From assembly GCA_017938205.1 (NCBI GenBank), contig JAGBCA010000001.1, forward strand, positions 7,257 to 71,256: a DNA stretch of 64,000 nt. Reading direction: 5' to 3'. This document shows, piece after piece, positions 17,908-27,997 of this stretch (within the stretch, counting starts at the first letter, position 1; every line of letters starts with the position of its first letter). The DNA is from Clostridia bacterium. GTDB taxonomy: Bacteria > Bacillota > Clostridia > Oscillospirales > CAG-272. The notes under the pieces were generated by a model. The model did no database searches, was not told the origin of the DNA, and saw only the letters and a program-made list of their open reading frames with translations. The position numbers and the translations under genes are program-made.

Positions 17908-19305
17908 TTATTTTATTTCCTCATTATTAAAATCACATTCCGAGCCGTTTGTATTTACCAACTTACGGATCCTTTTTTCAATCCAAACAATTTGGAAGGC
18001 ACAGAAAACAGCCATTGCCACAGCGTTATAAATAACAACCACACTCCAGGGTGCACCGCCAACCGCCAGCAAATATACAATCGGAATTTTCAAAGCTCCT
18101 CCAATGCCGTAGCTTACGATCTGAGTCTTTAAATCTGCCATTCCGTTTGCAACTACCGTTAGCACAACGTTGAAGATATATGTACCACCAAAGAAAGCAA
18201 ATGCCAATGCGGTTGGATAATGAACGATGATCGCCTCATCCTGCAACCAGATATTCACAATGAATTGGCAACAAAGCACCATCAGCAATTCGCCAACAAA
18301 CGCAGCCGCCGAGAGTAGATACAAAAACCTGTTCGTGCGTTGTATCTTGTGATATTTTTTCTGTGCCAGATCCTTCGTAATCTTAGACCAAAGCGGCGTA
18401 AGTGCCAGCATAAACAACGATCCCACAACCGTGAACAAACGATTGTAGATACTGTAAGTAACCACGTCGGAGGACGAGAACAGTTTCGTTATGATAATTT
18501 CATTCGTACTGTTCAAAAGCATAAAGAAGATCTGCGCCCAAAAGAAGCGAAGGCCAAATCCCAGCATGCTTTTTGCGGTTTCCTTGTCGCAATGCTTGAA
18601 GGACGGGGTACAATCGCGGAGCATCTTGTTTCCAAACGCAACGATCGTTGCAACAAGCAAAGGTAAATTGACCGCTATAATATGAACGATCGTCAAGGAT
18701 ATCAGGTTTTTCTCTATATCGCTGCCCTTTGCCAAAAAAACGTACAGCAAAGGAATTGCACTTGTAATCAACGTCAAAAAATTGTTGATCGATGATTTTT
18801 GAACGGCATAAATAATAGAATTGATAACCTTCAATACAAAGCTCAGGCAAACGCCCAAGAAAAGCAGCGCCACTGCTTTAAATAAGGTCTTTTTTGAAAT
18901 CAAAGATACATCTATATTAAAAAAGGAATTCAAATCCGCCAACGCAAGCACGCCAACACCAATCAATGCGATTGGTACGATGATGCAAGCCATTGAGATA
19001 TACGTAGAGGATATATACTTTTTTGCGTTATCCTTCTCACCTTTGGCAAGAGCCTCCGTTAACTTGTTTCTGAGACCGTTTCCTAAGCCGAGATCGCAAA
19101 TCGTTATCCAGTTTAGCAAGGAAAGAATCGTATACCAAAGTCCAAGTGCTTCGCTGTTATCAAAATATTTGATATATAACGGCATGGAAAAAAGAGAAAG
19201 AAATAGAGATATTCCCTTTATTCCAAAAGCAAGAACAATATGCTTTAATAAGTTCCGTTCATCTTTATCTTTAAAATATTGCTTTATTTTTGAGAACTTA
19301 GTCAA
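17908..19305 (-). CDS. wzx: oligosaccharide flippase (MOP/Wzx family)
   Basis: 465-aa polytopic membrane ORF. It has the typical N-terminus KHIVLAFGIKGISLFLSLFSMPLYIKYF. It lies in the AT-rich segment. Confidence 0.75.
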   Translation of the reverse strand: MTKFSKIKQYFKDKDERNLLKHIVLAFGIKGISLFLSLFSMPLYIKYFDNSEALGLWYTILSLLNWITICDLGLGNGLRNKLTEALAKGEKDNAKKYISSTYISMACIIVPIALIGVGVLALADLNSFFNIDVSLISKKTLFKAVALLFLGVCLSFVLKVINSIIYAVQKSSINNFLTLITSAIPLLYVFLAKGSDIEKNLISLTIVHIIAVNLPLLVATIVAFGNKMLRDCTPSFKHCDKETAKSMLGFGLRFFWAQIFFMLLNSTNEIIITKLFSSSDVVTYSIYNRLFTVVGSLFMLALTPLWSKITKDLAQKKYHKIQRTNRFLYLLSAAAFVGELLMVLCCQFIVNIWLQDEAIIVHYPTALAFAFFGGTYIFNVVLTVVANGMADLKTQIVSYGIGGALKIPIVYLLAVGGAPWSVVVIYNAVAMAVFCAFQIVWIEKRIRKLVNTNGSECDFNNEEIK

Positions 19306-20516
19306 CGCGCTTTCCTCTCCTCCTTATCATACAAATCATTTTGAGAAGCGCCTCCGACAAGATAAAAAATGAGAATCCACGTAAACACATTCTGTAAATG
19401 CGGCTCTTTATTAACTATAAGCAACGCAATTATCAAAATCAATATTTTCGAGATTATGCCTACATTTTTTTGTCTCAGTATTCCATAAATTATGGCAATT
19501 GTATAAAAGGCTCCTAAAACACCAAATGCGCTCAATAAATATGTCGATGTGGAAGTATCTGCAACAAATTTTATATTATCCATAGAATGCACATAACCCA
19601 CACCGAACAATGGAGCAGTTGCAAAAGACTTTAAATTATGGATAATGGCATTCACTCTGGAGGAATCTAATATGTTATCCAAAAGCAGCTTCTGGAAATA
19701 CTCGTTGTCCTTCAGCCCTGTATTCATTATAATATAATCCAGATTCAAAAGCACAATAAGAGCAATCACAAGAATTCCAATTACGAAAAAGCTTCCGAAA
19801 TATTTTCCTTTTCCCCGATCACTGCTACGTACAAAATATAGAATCAGGCAAAGAAACCAAAGAACAAAGCCGGCAGAAGAGTTTGCAGTAAAGAGGCACA
19901 CCGAAAAAAGCAGAAGTTTTAAAAAGCTTGCTTTTTTCTTTGAAATTAACTCAATAACAATAGCAATGACCAGATGCGTTGCAAACAAACCCGGTTCCCA
20001 AAACATTCCGCAATTTCGCTCCGGTATAGCCTTGATATAATTAAAAACTATTCCAACTACATACTCTACACCATTGCTATTTTTATAAACAGGCAAAAAC
20101 TCCAATAAATTGGTATAATTTGCCAAAAAATATCCTACCAGCGCGATTGCGGATGTGACGGTCATTATGATCATATACAACTTCATCACATGACGGAATG
20201 AATAGAGTTTTATTATAAAGTACGCAAAAAGAATTTCCGCTAGAGTGATTCTATAAAACCCACCTGCTTGGAAGCCGTCCATTAGATAGGAGGATCCTAC
20301 CATAAAAAAAGAAACAATGAATATAAAATCTTCTGTCCCAAACTTCATTTTTTTTGATGTAAGGACATAAACAAAATAAATCAAAGCCGCCAAAGCCGCA
20401 ATATAAATCGAACGCGTTAAGTTGACGGACAATGTTCTAAACGCGTGGCCGCTATGAATCAAAGCAATAGCAATCCATAAAATGGAAAGCGGAATGCTTT
20501 TCATGATTTTAGTCAT
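19302..20516 (-). CDS. wzy: O-antigen/capsule repeat-unit polymerase (Wzy / O-antigen ligase-like)
   Basis: 404-aa very hydrophobic ORF with at least 10 predicted TM segments and one large loop. It lies between wzx and the glycosyltransferases. It is AT-rich and has 4-nt overlaps with both neighbours. Confidence 0.65.
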   Translation of the reverse strand: MTKIMKSIPLSILWIAIALIHSGHAFRTLSVNLTRSIYIAALAALIYFVYVLTSKKMKFGTEDFIFIVSFFMVGSSYLMDGFQAGGFYRITLAEILFAYFIIKLYSFRHVMKLYMIIMTVTSAIALVGYFLANYTNLLEFLPVYKNSNGVEYVVGIVFNYIKAIPERNCGMFWEPGLFATHLVIAIVIELISKKKASFLKLLLFSVCLFTANSSAGFVLWFLCLILYFVRSSDRGKGKYFGSFFVIGILVIALIVLLNLDYIIMNTGLKDNEYFQKLLLDNILDSSRVNAIIHNLKSFATAPLFGVGYVHSMDNIKFVADTSTSTYLLSAFGVLGAFYTIAIIYGILRQKNVGIISKILILIIALLIVNKEPHLQNVFTWILIFYLVGGASQNDLYDKEERKAR

Positions 20517-21514
20517 TTTTTGAAACCTTCTTTGATAAAGTTTTTAATGCTTTTTCCCTGCGGCACGCCAAGCATTGCCCGAACAATGCGGGAAATGCTC
20601 ACTCTTATTCGCAAACGCAACGGATACAGGATAATCTTCCCTATTTTCTTTTCAAAAACAGGATCAATCGCAAGCTTCTCCGGATGATTCAAAGGGAATG
20701 AAAGAGAGTAAGAATCCATTCCGCAAAAGCGTTGTGTCATCACCAAACTAAGATCAGTACCTCCATGCACAGAAAAAGAATCCACACCTATATTTTTTAT
20801 CTGGTTTTTACAGGGACAGATTCCGTACAACTCGTGCGCTTTTATTGAAAAATCCATTTGATAATCCCAAGAAACAGGACGTTCTCCACGTAGGATGCGC
20901 GCACGCTCCGACATCCAAGACCGCTTATATTGCTTATATACTTTTTTATTACAATAAACACTGCCTATACGATCCATAATCCCCGCATCGTCCGTCAAAG
21001 CAAGATCGCCGTCATAGAAGCGCTCAAACTTATGGCTCCACGATGCCCAGCCACAAGGAAGCATATGCCTCGTGAAAACATAACTATGGCCCGACTTCGG
21101 CGTATAATCGCCCAGATAATTCGTACCGCAAATCCAGAGAATTCTTTCGTCATCCTGATATTTTTCAAGCATTTCCTTACAAAACGGAAAAAAAGAAAGC
21201 TCAGGCAAATTGTCATCCTCTAAAAAAATCGCCCATTTTTCTCTCTTCAAAACCCATATTGCACCTTGACCAATATTCTGATAAACACCTCTGTTTTCAT
21301 CGGCATAGTTTTTGATAACCTCGCAGTCCCAGGTGATTGCTGCCTCAACCTTTTTGCGGCATTCCTCGGCAAGCACGCGTTCCTCATCATTTCGCCCTTG
21401 ATCTGCCAAAATATAAAGTTTTTTCGGCTGTATTTCAGCAATGCGATGAACAATATCAACTGCTTTATCACGTTTGAAAATAAACAACACTACCGGTATA
21501 TCAAATCGGCTCAT
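20513..21514 (-). CDS. putative GT-A fold glycosyltransferase (GNT-I/HlpA-like)
   Basis: 333-aa ORF with the N-terminus IPVVLFIFKRDKAV and an acidic LEDDN motif. The context is a polysaccharide locus. Confidence 0.5.
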   Translation of the reverse strand: MSRFDIPVVLFIFKRDKAVDIVHRIAEIQPKKLYILADQGRNDEERVLAEECRKKVEAAITWDCEVIKNYADENRGVYQNIGQGAIWVLKREKWAIFLEDDNLPELSFFPFCKEMLEKYQDDERILWICGTNYLGDYTPKSGHSYVFTRHMLPCGWASWSHKFERFYDGDLALTDDAGIMDRIGSVYCNKKVYKQYKRSWMSERARILRGERPVSWDYQMDFSIKAHELYGICPCKNQIKNIGVDSFSVHGGTDLSLVMTQRFCGMDSYSLSFPLNHPEKLAIDPVFEKKIGKIILYPLRLRIRVSISRIVRAMLGVPQGKSIKNFIKEGFKK

Positions 21515-21572
21515 GCCCGCACCTCCTTACTTATATATCCCAATCACTTGTTATTATCTGCAAGTGCGTTTT

Positions 21573-22760
21573 TTAAACATCTAAAAAATCTATCAATCTC
21601 GAAGCCTGTGCGACTCCGTTTTTGTTCTCCAAAACAAATTTTTGCGCTTTTTCTGCCTTTGTCTTCGCCGACTCATAATTATCCAAAACGGCTTCAATGG
21701 CGGCTTGCAATCCGTCAACCGCATTCGTTGCATCCGCATAAAACAAATGCTCGTCATATTCTGCGGGCACACCGTCTAATTTATACATCACAACAGGCTT
21801 TCCGCTCGCCATATATTCCATCGTTTTCGAAGGGAAGCTGTACTTCGTATATTCGCCTTCATTGGTACGAGGATTGACCAGAACGGCCGCCTTACTGCGC
21901 AGCTCTGCCACCTTTTCTTGACTGCAAAAGCCAAAAAATTTCACGCGCGAGTCCTTCTTTTCAAGCTCGCGGATTTCCTTTTCCGCCTCGCCGCCGCCGC
22001 AGATCCAAAGCTCTGCGCCCTCTACGGTGATCTTGGAGAAAGCATCCAGCAAATTCTTGATACCGTATTGATAATGCAGAGTGCCGCTATAGAGAATCGC
22101 CTTTGTGCTTGCCTCGGGGCGCGCAGAATCTGTCTGCACAGCATTGCAAATCCCCTCCATACGGATCCAAGGGCGATTGCCAACCTTCAGAGGCTCGCAC
22201 ATTTGCTCCGTCAAAACCACGAAGCGATCCACGCGTTGCATATATTTGTAGATCATGCGGTTTTGCATGTTTCTTAAGAAGGAACGGAGCTTTGAAACCT
22301 TTCCTAAATCATAAAATTCCGGCAAATCCGTAACAATGACCGTTACTTTAATGCCCTTCGGCAATTTATAGATCGCCTTTAGAAACGGCATATAAGCAGA
22401 ATAGATGACGATCTCATCTCCTGCAGAGACGGTTTTCTTCAAAATTTTCTTGGTTCTGCGCGCTCTGGAGCTTTGCTTTAAAAACGGAACGTTGATGCTT
22501 CCGATTTCATGCCCGCGCACGCCTTGATACGTCCAATCCGTATCCTTCAAAAACGCATCCCGATGGCCGCGCGGCCAAGAACCGACGGGCAGAACGTTGA
22601 AAACGAAAAGGTCCTCGCCTGCAATCGCCTGCATTCCGTTTAGCAAGTTCCACTGAAAAACATTCGGCGCACTACTGCCGCGCACGCGAGCATTTTTGTG
22701 CACGCGCGCCTCTTGATCCGGAGGATACAACGGCCCTAAGAAAAATATTTTTTTGCTCAT
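21573..22760 (-). CDS. GT4-family (GT-B) glycosyltransferase
   Basis: 395-aa ORF. The C-terminal EX7E-type region reads NPRTNEGEYTKYSFPSKTMEYMASGKPVV. Confidence 0.75.
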   Translation of the reverse strand: MSKKIFFLGPLYPPDQEARVHKNARVRGSSAPNVFQWNLLNGMQAIAGEDLFVFNVLPVGSWPRGHRDAFLKDTDWTYQGVRGHEIGSINVPFLKQSSRARRTKKILKKTVSAGDEIVIYSAYMPFLKAIYKLPKGIKVTVIVTDLPEFYDLGKVSKLRSFLRNMQNRMIYKYMQRVDRFVVLTEQMCEPLKVGNRPWIRMEGICNAVQTDSARPEASTKAILYSGTLHYQYGIKNLLDAFSKITVEGAELWICGGGEAEKEIRELEKKDSRVKFFGFCSQEKVAELRSKAAVLVNPRTNEGEYTKYSFPSKTMEYMASGKPVVMYKLDGVPAEYDEHLFYADATNAVDGLQAAIEAVLDNYESAKTKAEKAQKFVLENKNGVAQASRLIDFLDV

Positions 22761-22787
22761 AAACCTTCCTCCTTCACAAACATAGCA

Positions 22788-23957
22788 TCAATCGCAGTTT
22801 TTAACGACAAGATGCGTTACATATTCCTTTAACATATCATTCTTATCCATCTTTAAATTCGGGTGACACGCGAAATCATTTGCAAGGATCTTGTCCTTCA
22901 ACTCCTGCAGATTTCCCTGCTCCACCACGTTCTCCGCAGGAACGCTTTCGACGCTTCCGCCGGTACGGTACGTGAGAACCGGCGTGCCACAGGCTTGCGC
23001 CTCAAGATTGACTGTTGGGTAATTATCATTATAAGTGGCGTTGACAAACACATCCGCCGCTGTATAAATTTCAGCAAGCTCCTGCACGTTGTTCGTGCGC
23101 TTGATTGCAAGGATATTTTCGGGAACCAAGCCCATCTGCTCATCCTTTAAGCCTACCATAACGATCTTGTAATCGTCGGGCAAAAGCTCTGCGAGCTTGA
23201 AAAAATCGCAAAGCCCCTTGCTCTTGCTCCACGCACTTGCCACGCCAAGAACGACTTTTTTATTTTCCAGCCCATTGCGGCTTTTAAAATCGCTTTGCCT
23301 TGACCGAAAAACGTCAAGATCAATGCCGTTTGGAATCACTTCGATCCTCGAACTGCCGAGGAATGACTGCTTAGCCAGATCGGCAAGCCATTGCGAGGGC
23401 GTGATCACCGTCAGATCCTTGACCGCCGTAAACAATTCCTTTTTTCTCTGATAATTCAAATGCGAGCGATCCGTGATGCTGGCGGGATACAGCTTGTGCT
23501 TCGGGCAAGCGTTGCAAAGGCTTTTCCACTTATCACACCCGTTCAAGTTGCAGCAATGCCCCGTGAACGCCCAGCAATCGTGCAAGGTCCAGATCACTTT
23601 TTTATTGTTTTCGATGATGTAGCGAAACAGCATCGGAACGTTGATATAATACCCGTGAAGATTGTGAAGATGGATCACGTCCGGATTAAATTCCTCAACG
23701 AAGCGAAGAAAACGCGCCGTTGCGCGCTTGCTGCCAAGACCGTCTGCATCAAAGAGCCTTGCCTTCACACCGTGCAGCTTCGCCTCGGTTTCCGAAGAAA
23801 TTCGAACGGCGAAGCGACGGTATTTTTCGGGAACGCTCTCGCGCCCGTATCCGATTTTCACCTCGTGGCCCTGCTTCCCCAGCGCCTCGGCAAGATCCGT
23901 GCAAATCCGCCCCGTGCTGCGGATACCGCACACGGAATTGATCATCAGTATCCTCAT
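22788..23957 (-). CDS. GT4-family (GT-B) glycosyltransferase
   Basis: 389-aa ORF with MRILMINSVCGIRSTGRI, FVNATYNDNYPTVNLEAQACGTPV and a GT-B C-domain. Confidence 0.75.
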   Translation of the reverse strand: MRILMINSVCGIRSTGRICTDLAEALGKQGHEVKIGYGRESVPEKYRRFAVRISSETEAKLHGVKARLFDADGLGSKRATARFLRFVEEFNPDVIHLHNLHGYYINVPMLFRYIIENNKKVIWTLHDCWAFTGHCCNLNGCDKWKSLCNACPKHKLYPASITDRSHLNYQRKKELFTAVKDLTVITPSQWLADLAKQSFLGSSRIEVIPNGIDLDVFRSRQSDFKSRNGLENKKVVLGVASAWSKSKGLCDFFKLAELLPDDYKIVMVGLKDEQMGLVPENILAIKRTNNVQELAEIYTAADVFVNATYNDNYPTVNLEAQACGTPVLTYRTGGSVESVPAENVVEQGNLQELKDKILANDFACHPNLKMDKNDMLKEYVTHLVVKNCD

Positions 23958-23997
23958 ACGTTCTCCCCTGCCCCACGGCTCTGCGCCGTGCGGCTTT

Positions 23998-24420
23998 TCA
24001 CTTCATCTTTGCCTTGATCTCTGTGGTCGAAACGCCGTGCGTGTACGGCAGATATTCAATGCTAGCGCCGACCTTGGCAAACTGCTCCTCAGTCTTCTTG
24101 TATCTCTCGCTGCCCTTCCAGTCATCGCCGGAAAACAGAACGTCGAAGGAAAAGCGCTCCAGCGCAAGCATCTTGTCGTTAGTGGTTGCAATGTCCACAA
24201 GCTCCGCGCGATCCACGCATTTCAGCGCGTTCAGAATGCGAACGCGGTCGTTTTCCTCGATCACGGGCTCTTTTTTCTTGATATTTCTCACGTAGTCGTC
24301 ATCGCAAACGCCCACGATCAGCGTGTCGCACATCTCCTTTCATCGCTCGAGCAGGTTCAGATGTCCGACGTGAAACAAATCAAACACACCGCAGGTATAA
24401 CCGATCTTATACTTCTTCAT
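23998..24420 (-). pseudogene. tagD: glycerol-3-phosphate cytidylyltransferase (TagD/TarD-like) interrupted by an in-frame TGA
   Basis: My own translation gives the ATG at 24418-24420, then [26 protein letters not shown], then a TGA at 24340-24342. In the same frame it continues KEMCDTLIVGVCDDDY...GDDWKG...YLPYTHGVSTTEIK. The HxGH motif is therefore separated from the rest of the enzyme. Confidence 0.8.
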
Positions 24421-24434
24421 TGTTTTTTTCTGCA

Positions 24435-25634
24435 TCATTTACAAATGATGCCGTATCCTTTCTGTACGGTATAATTATCCTTCAGATATTGCTTTGCATT
24501 TTCTCCGAGCGCCTTGGTATCGGCGGCAAGGATCTCATCGATCGTTCTCGAAAAATCCGCCACCGAGTTGCTCTCGCACCACCAGCCAAAGCCGCCCTCC
24601 ACGATCACCTTGCCGATGTCGGTGTTGGGATCGGTTGCGGCCAGGACGGGCAGACCCGCCTGCATATAGGCAAGCAAGCGCGAGGGGAAGTTCGGGATCG
24701 TAAATCTATGGTCCAGGAAGATAAGGCCTACATCGCAAGCAGCAACCAAGCGATCATAATCCTCCTTCGGGAGATGGGAAAGAAGCCTTGCGTTCTTAGG
24801 CGCCTCCTCTGCAAAAAACGCCTCCAGCCTGCCGTATTCCGTGCCGGCGCCGACGATCAGGAAGAAGGCATCCTCCCGCGCCGCGTTTGCACGCAGGCAG
24901 TCGATCAAAAACGGAATGCCCTGCGGCCGTCCGAGATTGCCGCCGTAAACGAACACTCTCTTGTCCTCTGCAAGGCCGTATTTTTCACGGATCAAGGCGC
25001 GCTCCTGCGCCGTGATGCTTTTATCGAAAAATTCGATCGAGTTCGGAAAGATCTCCACCCGCTCGGCGGGGATCTCGGGGTTATGCTTCAAAACGTAATC
25101 GGCATTCGCCTCCGACATACAGCCGATCCGATCCGAGAGCGCATAGAGCTTCTTTTCCTTTCTGCGGAAGAAGCGGTAGAGAATCCCCTTCCATCCGCCC
25201 GTGCGCAGAACGCCCATATCGATGGCGTTTTGCGGGAAAATATCCTTGAGCATCAGATATGTTCTTGCGCCGTCGCGCTGCTTGATATAGCGGATCACGC
25301 CGCAGAGCGTGATCGGCGGGGTGGAATACAGGATCAGATCGAATTTCACGCCGCGGAAATATTTTTTCACCGCCGCCTTATACTGCCCCTCCAAAAGAAG
25401 GGTGGAGATTCCCTTTTCGATCATCCCACATTTTTGCAGATTTCCAACCTTCACACGCAGAAGATGCATTCCGCTCTCCACCGTATAAGAGGTGGGCCTT
25501 CCGAGTTTTCTCTCGTTGGGGCTCACGCAATACACCGTATGCCCCCGATCGCGAAACTCGCGCAAAAGATCGAGATAAATGGTATGTCCCTCGGCATTCT
25601 CGATTTTACCGATGGTTAAAAACAAAACGTTCAT
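24435..25634 (-). CDS. GT4-family glycosyltransferase (possible L-FucNAc transferase, WbuB-like)
   Basis: The ORF spans 24435-25643. The start is [10 protein letters not shown]. The GT-B C-domain contains [16 protein letters not shown]. The specific assignment is an inference from co-occurrence with fnlABC. Confidence 0.7.
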   Translation of the reverse strand: MNVLFLTIGKIENAEGHTIYLDLLREFRDRGHTVYCVSPNERKLGRPTSYTVESGMHLLRVKVGNLQKCGMIEKGISTLLLEGQYKAAVKKYFRGVKFDLILYSTPPITLCGVIRYIKQRDGARTYLMLKDIFPQNAIDMGVLRTGGWKGILYRFFRRKEKKLYALSDRIGCMSEANADYVLKHNPEIPAERVEIFPNSIEFFDKSITAQERALIREKYGLAEDKRVFVYGGNLGRPQGIPFLIDCLRANAAREDAFFLIVGAGTEYGRLEAFFAEEAPKNARLLSHLPKEDYDRLVAACDVGLIFLDHRFTIPNFPSRLLAYMQAGLPVLAATDPNTDIGKVIVEGGFGWWCESNSVADFSRTIDEILAADTKALGENAKQYLKDNYTVQKGYGIICK

Positions 25635-25649
25635 TCTCAGCACCGTGCC

Positions 25650-26405
25650 TTACATATGCGTGGATACGCGATCCTCTTCCTTGGGAAGCTGCATATAATT
25701 GCCGTACTGCGCGGAAAGATAATTGTCGTATTCCTTCACGATCGGCATCATGCTATCCTCAAACGCGTGTCTTTCGATATCCCGCATCAGCGTTTTTGAA
25801 TACTGCAAGGGCAGATTCTTGTACGGACTGAAATAGCTGCCGAGATAATTACTGTCCTTTTTATTGCCGATTCTCGCTGCCTTATCGTACCAGCGGAACT
25901 TGAAGTTATAGGTAAAGAGCTTGCCGAGCAGTCGCGTGCCGCCAAGACAAACTCTGTGGAAAAAGGAATGCTTTCTCGCGTTCGGGTCGGTTTTGAGCAT
26001 ACCCTGTAGCATACGCATTAAAAACAACTTGTACTTGCGAACAAATGCGCTATCCGGGCAATTGTCAAACACGAAAATATCAATGGTTGGAACCGAAAGA
26101 TCGTTTGCCGAATTTGTGCGCTCCTGAATGCGGTAGATCCACAAAACACGGTTCAGCGTGAACTTGGAATCCGCCGGCTGCCCCTCAAAGAGCTCGATGA
26201 TCTTTCCGTAGTTTTCTCTGTCCACCATAATATCAATATCGTCATCCCACGGAATAAATCCGTCGTGGCGCACCGCGCCGAGCAGCGTACCCGCGCAAAG
26301 GCTGTAGCGGATGCCATTTTCGGTCAAAAGCGCATCAACCTCCTTCAGCATATCCAAGAGCACGAGCTGACGGCTGCGCAGCTCCTCGCTTACCTTATAT
26401 TCCAT
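25650..26405 (-). CDS. licD: LicD-family phosphotransferase (polyol-/choline-phosphate transfer to glycan)
   Basis: 251-aa ORF with the motifs LCAGTLLGAVRHDGFIPWDDDIDIMV. Confidence 0.8.
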   Translation of the reverse strand: MEYKVSEELRSRQLVLLDMLKEVDALLTENGIRYSLCAGTLLGAVRHDGFIPWDDDIDIMVDRENYGKIIELFEGQPADSKFTLNRVLWIYRIQERTNSANDLSVPTIDIFVFDNCPDSAFVRKYKLFLMRMLQGMLKTDPNARKHSFFHRVCLGGTRLLGKLFTYNFKFRWYDKAARIGNKKDSNYLGSYFSPYKNLPLQYSKTLMRDIERHAFEDSMMPIVKEYDNYLSAQYGNYMQLPKEEDRVSTHM

Positions 26406-26420
26406 ATTTCCCTCCGAAAA

Positions 26421-27038
26421 TCAAAAATATAATCCTTCTTTGTTTCTGAAATGAATGCTCTGCATTCCGAGCGCCTGTGGCGCTATGAAATCCTTTTTGA
26501 TGTTATCGCCAATATAAACGAGCGATGCAAAAGGAAGGCCGAGCCGCCGCTGCATTTCGCGAAAGGGCGCCTCGCTCGGCTTGCGAAAGGACAGGCCGCC
26601 AAGCTCGTCCGTGACGATGATCGCATCAAAGAGCGGCGAAAGCCCCAGTGCCTCGATCTTTGCCCTCTGCCCCTCGGGGCGGCCGTCCGTGATCATAGCG
26701 AGCTTCTTCGTTTTGCGAAGCCGCTCCAAAAGCGAAAAAGCGCCGGGATACAGACAAATCGACGGCTTATGGGCGCGATACACCGAGAGCGCCCTCTCCT
26801 TTTCGGAAAGCAGACCCTCCTCGGCAAGCACCGTATCGATCGCCGGCAGCTTTCGCTCAAACGCATCAAAAAGCCGATTCCCCATATCCTTTACAAGCGG
26901 GAACGCCGCTGCTACGGCCGCATAGCCACTTTTTACGTAATCCCTTTCCGAATACAACGTATCATCCAGATCGAAGATCACACCTTGGACCTGTGCAAGA
27001 TACGGCTCGCAATCCAAAAGTCTCTCTATGGTGATCAT
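26421..27038 (-). CDS. HAD-superfamily hydrolase (subfamily IA-like)
   Basis: 205-aa ORF with VIFDLDDTLY and YIGDNIKKDF. Its start overlaps the ATP-grasp gene stop by 4 nt. Confidence 0.75.
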   Translation of the reverse strand: MITIERLLDCEPYLAQVQGVIFDLDDTLYSERDYVKSGYAAVAAAFPLVKDMGNRLFDAFERKLPAIDTVLAEEGLLSEKERALSVYRAHKPSICLYPGAFSLLERLRKTKKLAMITDGRPEGQRAKIEALGLSPLFDAIIVTDELGGLSFRKPSEAPFREMQRRLGLPFASLVYIGDNIKKDFIAPQALGMQSIHFRNKEGLYF

Positions 27039-27997
27039 TTTACTCTCACGCTCTGATCAAAACGGCTGAATACAGCACCGTGTTCAGCAGCTTTTTCAAC
27101 ATAAGCGAGAGACTGTCCCATCATAAGCTTAAGAAAAGCCTCTGCCGAATCGGCGCCTGCTTTGATAGATAAAGGAGCACCACCACCAAAACGAGGATTG
27201 ATCTCAATATAGTAATCGTCTCCTGTTTTCTCTTCTCGAATAAGCTGAACCGTTATCGCTCCACAGGGTTTATAATCAGCCACCAAGGTCAACATCTCAT
27301 CTATGATTTTTTCGTCCTGAACGATTTCCGTCTTCAAAACCTCACCGGCTCTCACCGCACAGCGAATGCGGGGTGTAATAAAAATCGGATTTCCGGAAAA
27401 ATCGCAGAAAATATCTACCGTATATTCTGTTCCCGAAACAAATTTTTGAATGATATAGTCAGGAACACGGGCAGCACATGATGCAAGCTCTTCTGCCGTA
27501 TTTACTTTATAAGCATTGATGCTTGAGCTTCCATCCTTGGGCTTTATGAATGCCGGATATCCGAAACTATATTTTGAAACATCGTCAACAGGAATGGGAC
27601 TTTTTAAGCCCAAAGAGCAAAAATACTCTGCAGTCAGCCTCTTATCCCTGCATATGGCAATGCGATCCTCTGCGCTGATGGCAACCGTGACCCCCACCCT
27701 TGCAAAATCTGCTTTATATTTTGCGAGTATCAAAAGATCGGTGTCGATCGTGGGGATCAAGGCGCAGATCCCCTCCCTCTCGCAAAACTCCAAAAGCGTT
27801 GGAATGTACGATGGCTCCTTAATGCGCGGAACGATAACGGAACGATCACAAAACTGCAATGCAGGTGCCGAGGCAGAAATATCCGCCCCAAAGATTTCAA
27901 GGTCCAACGAAAGCTTCTCTGCCGCGCTCCGAAACGCTTGGACCAGTTCTACACGCCGTCCGATACTAGTGAACAGGATCTTCATGTTTGATTTCAT
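27035..27997 (-). CDS. ATP-grasp domain protein (carbamoyl-phosphate-synthase-L-like ligase)
   Basis: The ORF spans 27035-28081. I trimmed the start to MKSNMKILFTSIGRRVELV (RBS GAGGGAG). The motifs FIKPKDGSSS and YIEINPRFGGG are present. Confidence 0.75.
   Translation of the reverse strand: MKSNMKILFTSIGRRVELVQAFRSAAEKLSLDLEIFGADISASAPALQFCDRSVIVPRIKEPSYIPTLLEFCEREGICALIPTIDTDLLILAKYKADFARVGVTVAISAEDRIAICRDKRLTAEYFCSLGLKSPIPVDDVSKYSFGYPAFIKPKDGSSSINAYKVNTAEELASCAARVPDYIIQKFVSGTEYTVDIFCDFSGNPIFITPRIRCAVRAGEVLKTEIVQDEKIIDEMLTLVADYKPCGAITVQLIREEKTGDDYYIEINPRFGGGAPLSIKAGADSAEAFLKLMMGQSLAYVEKAAEHGAVFSRFDQSVRVK

Noticed and set aside
24340-24342. The in-frame TGA in tagD read as selenocysteine or as a reassigned codon.
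   Set aside because: I see no convincing SECIS-like hairpin in the ~40 nt downstream. The position aligns with a non-catalytic Ala in TagD. TGA functions as a normal stop elsewhere in the window, for example at azlD and the AbrB-like gene. No sel genes are present.
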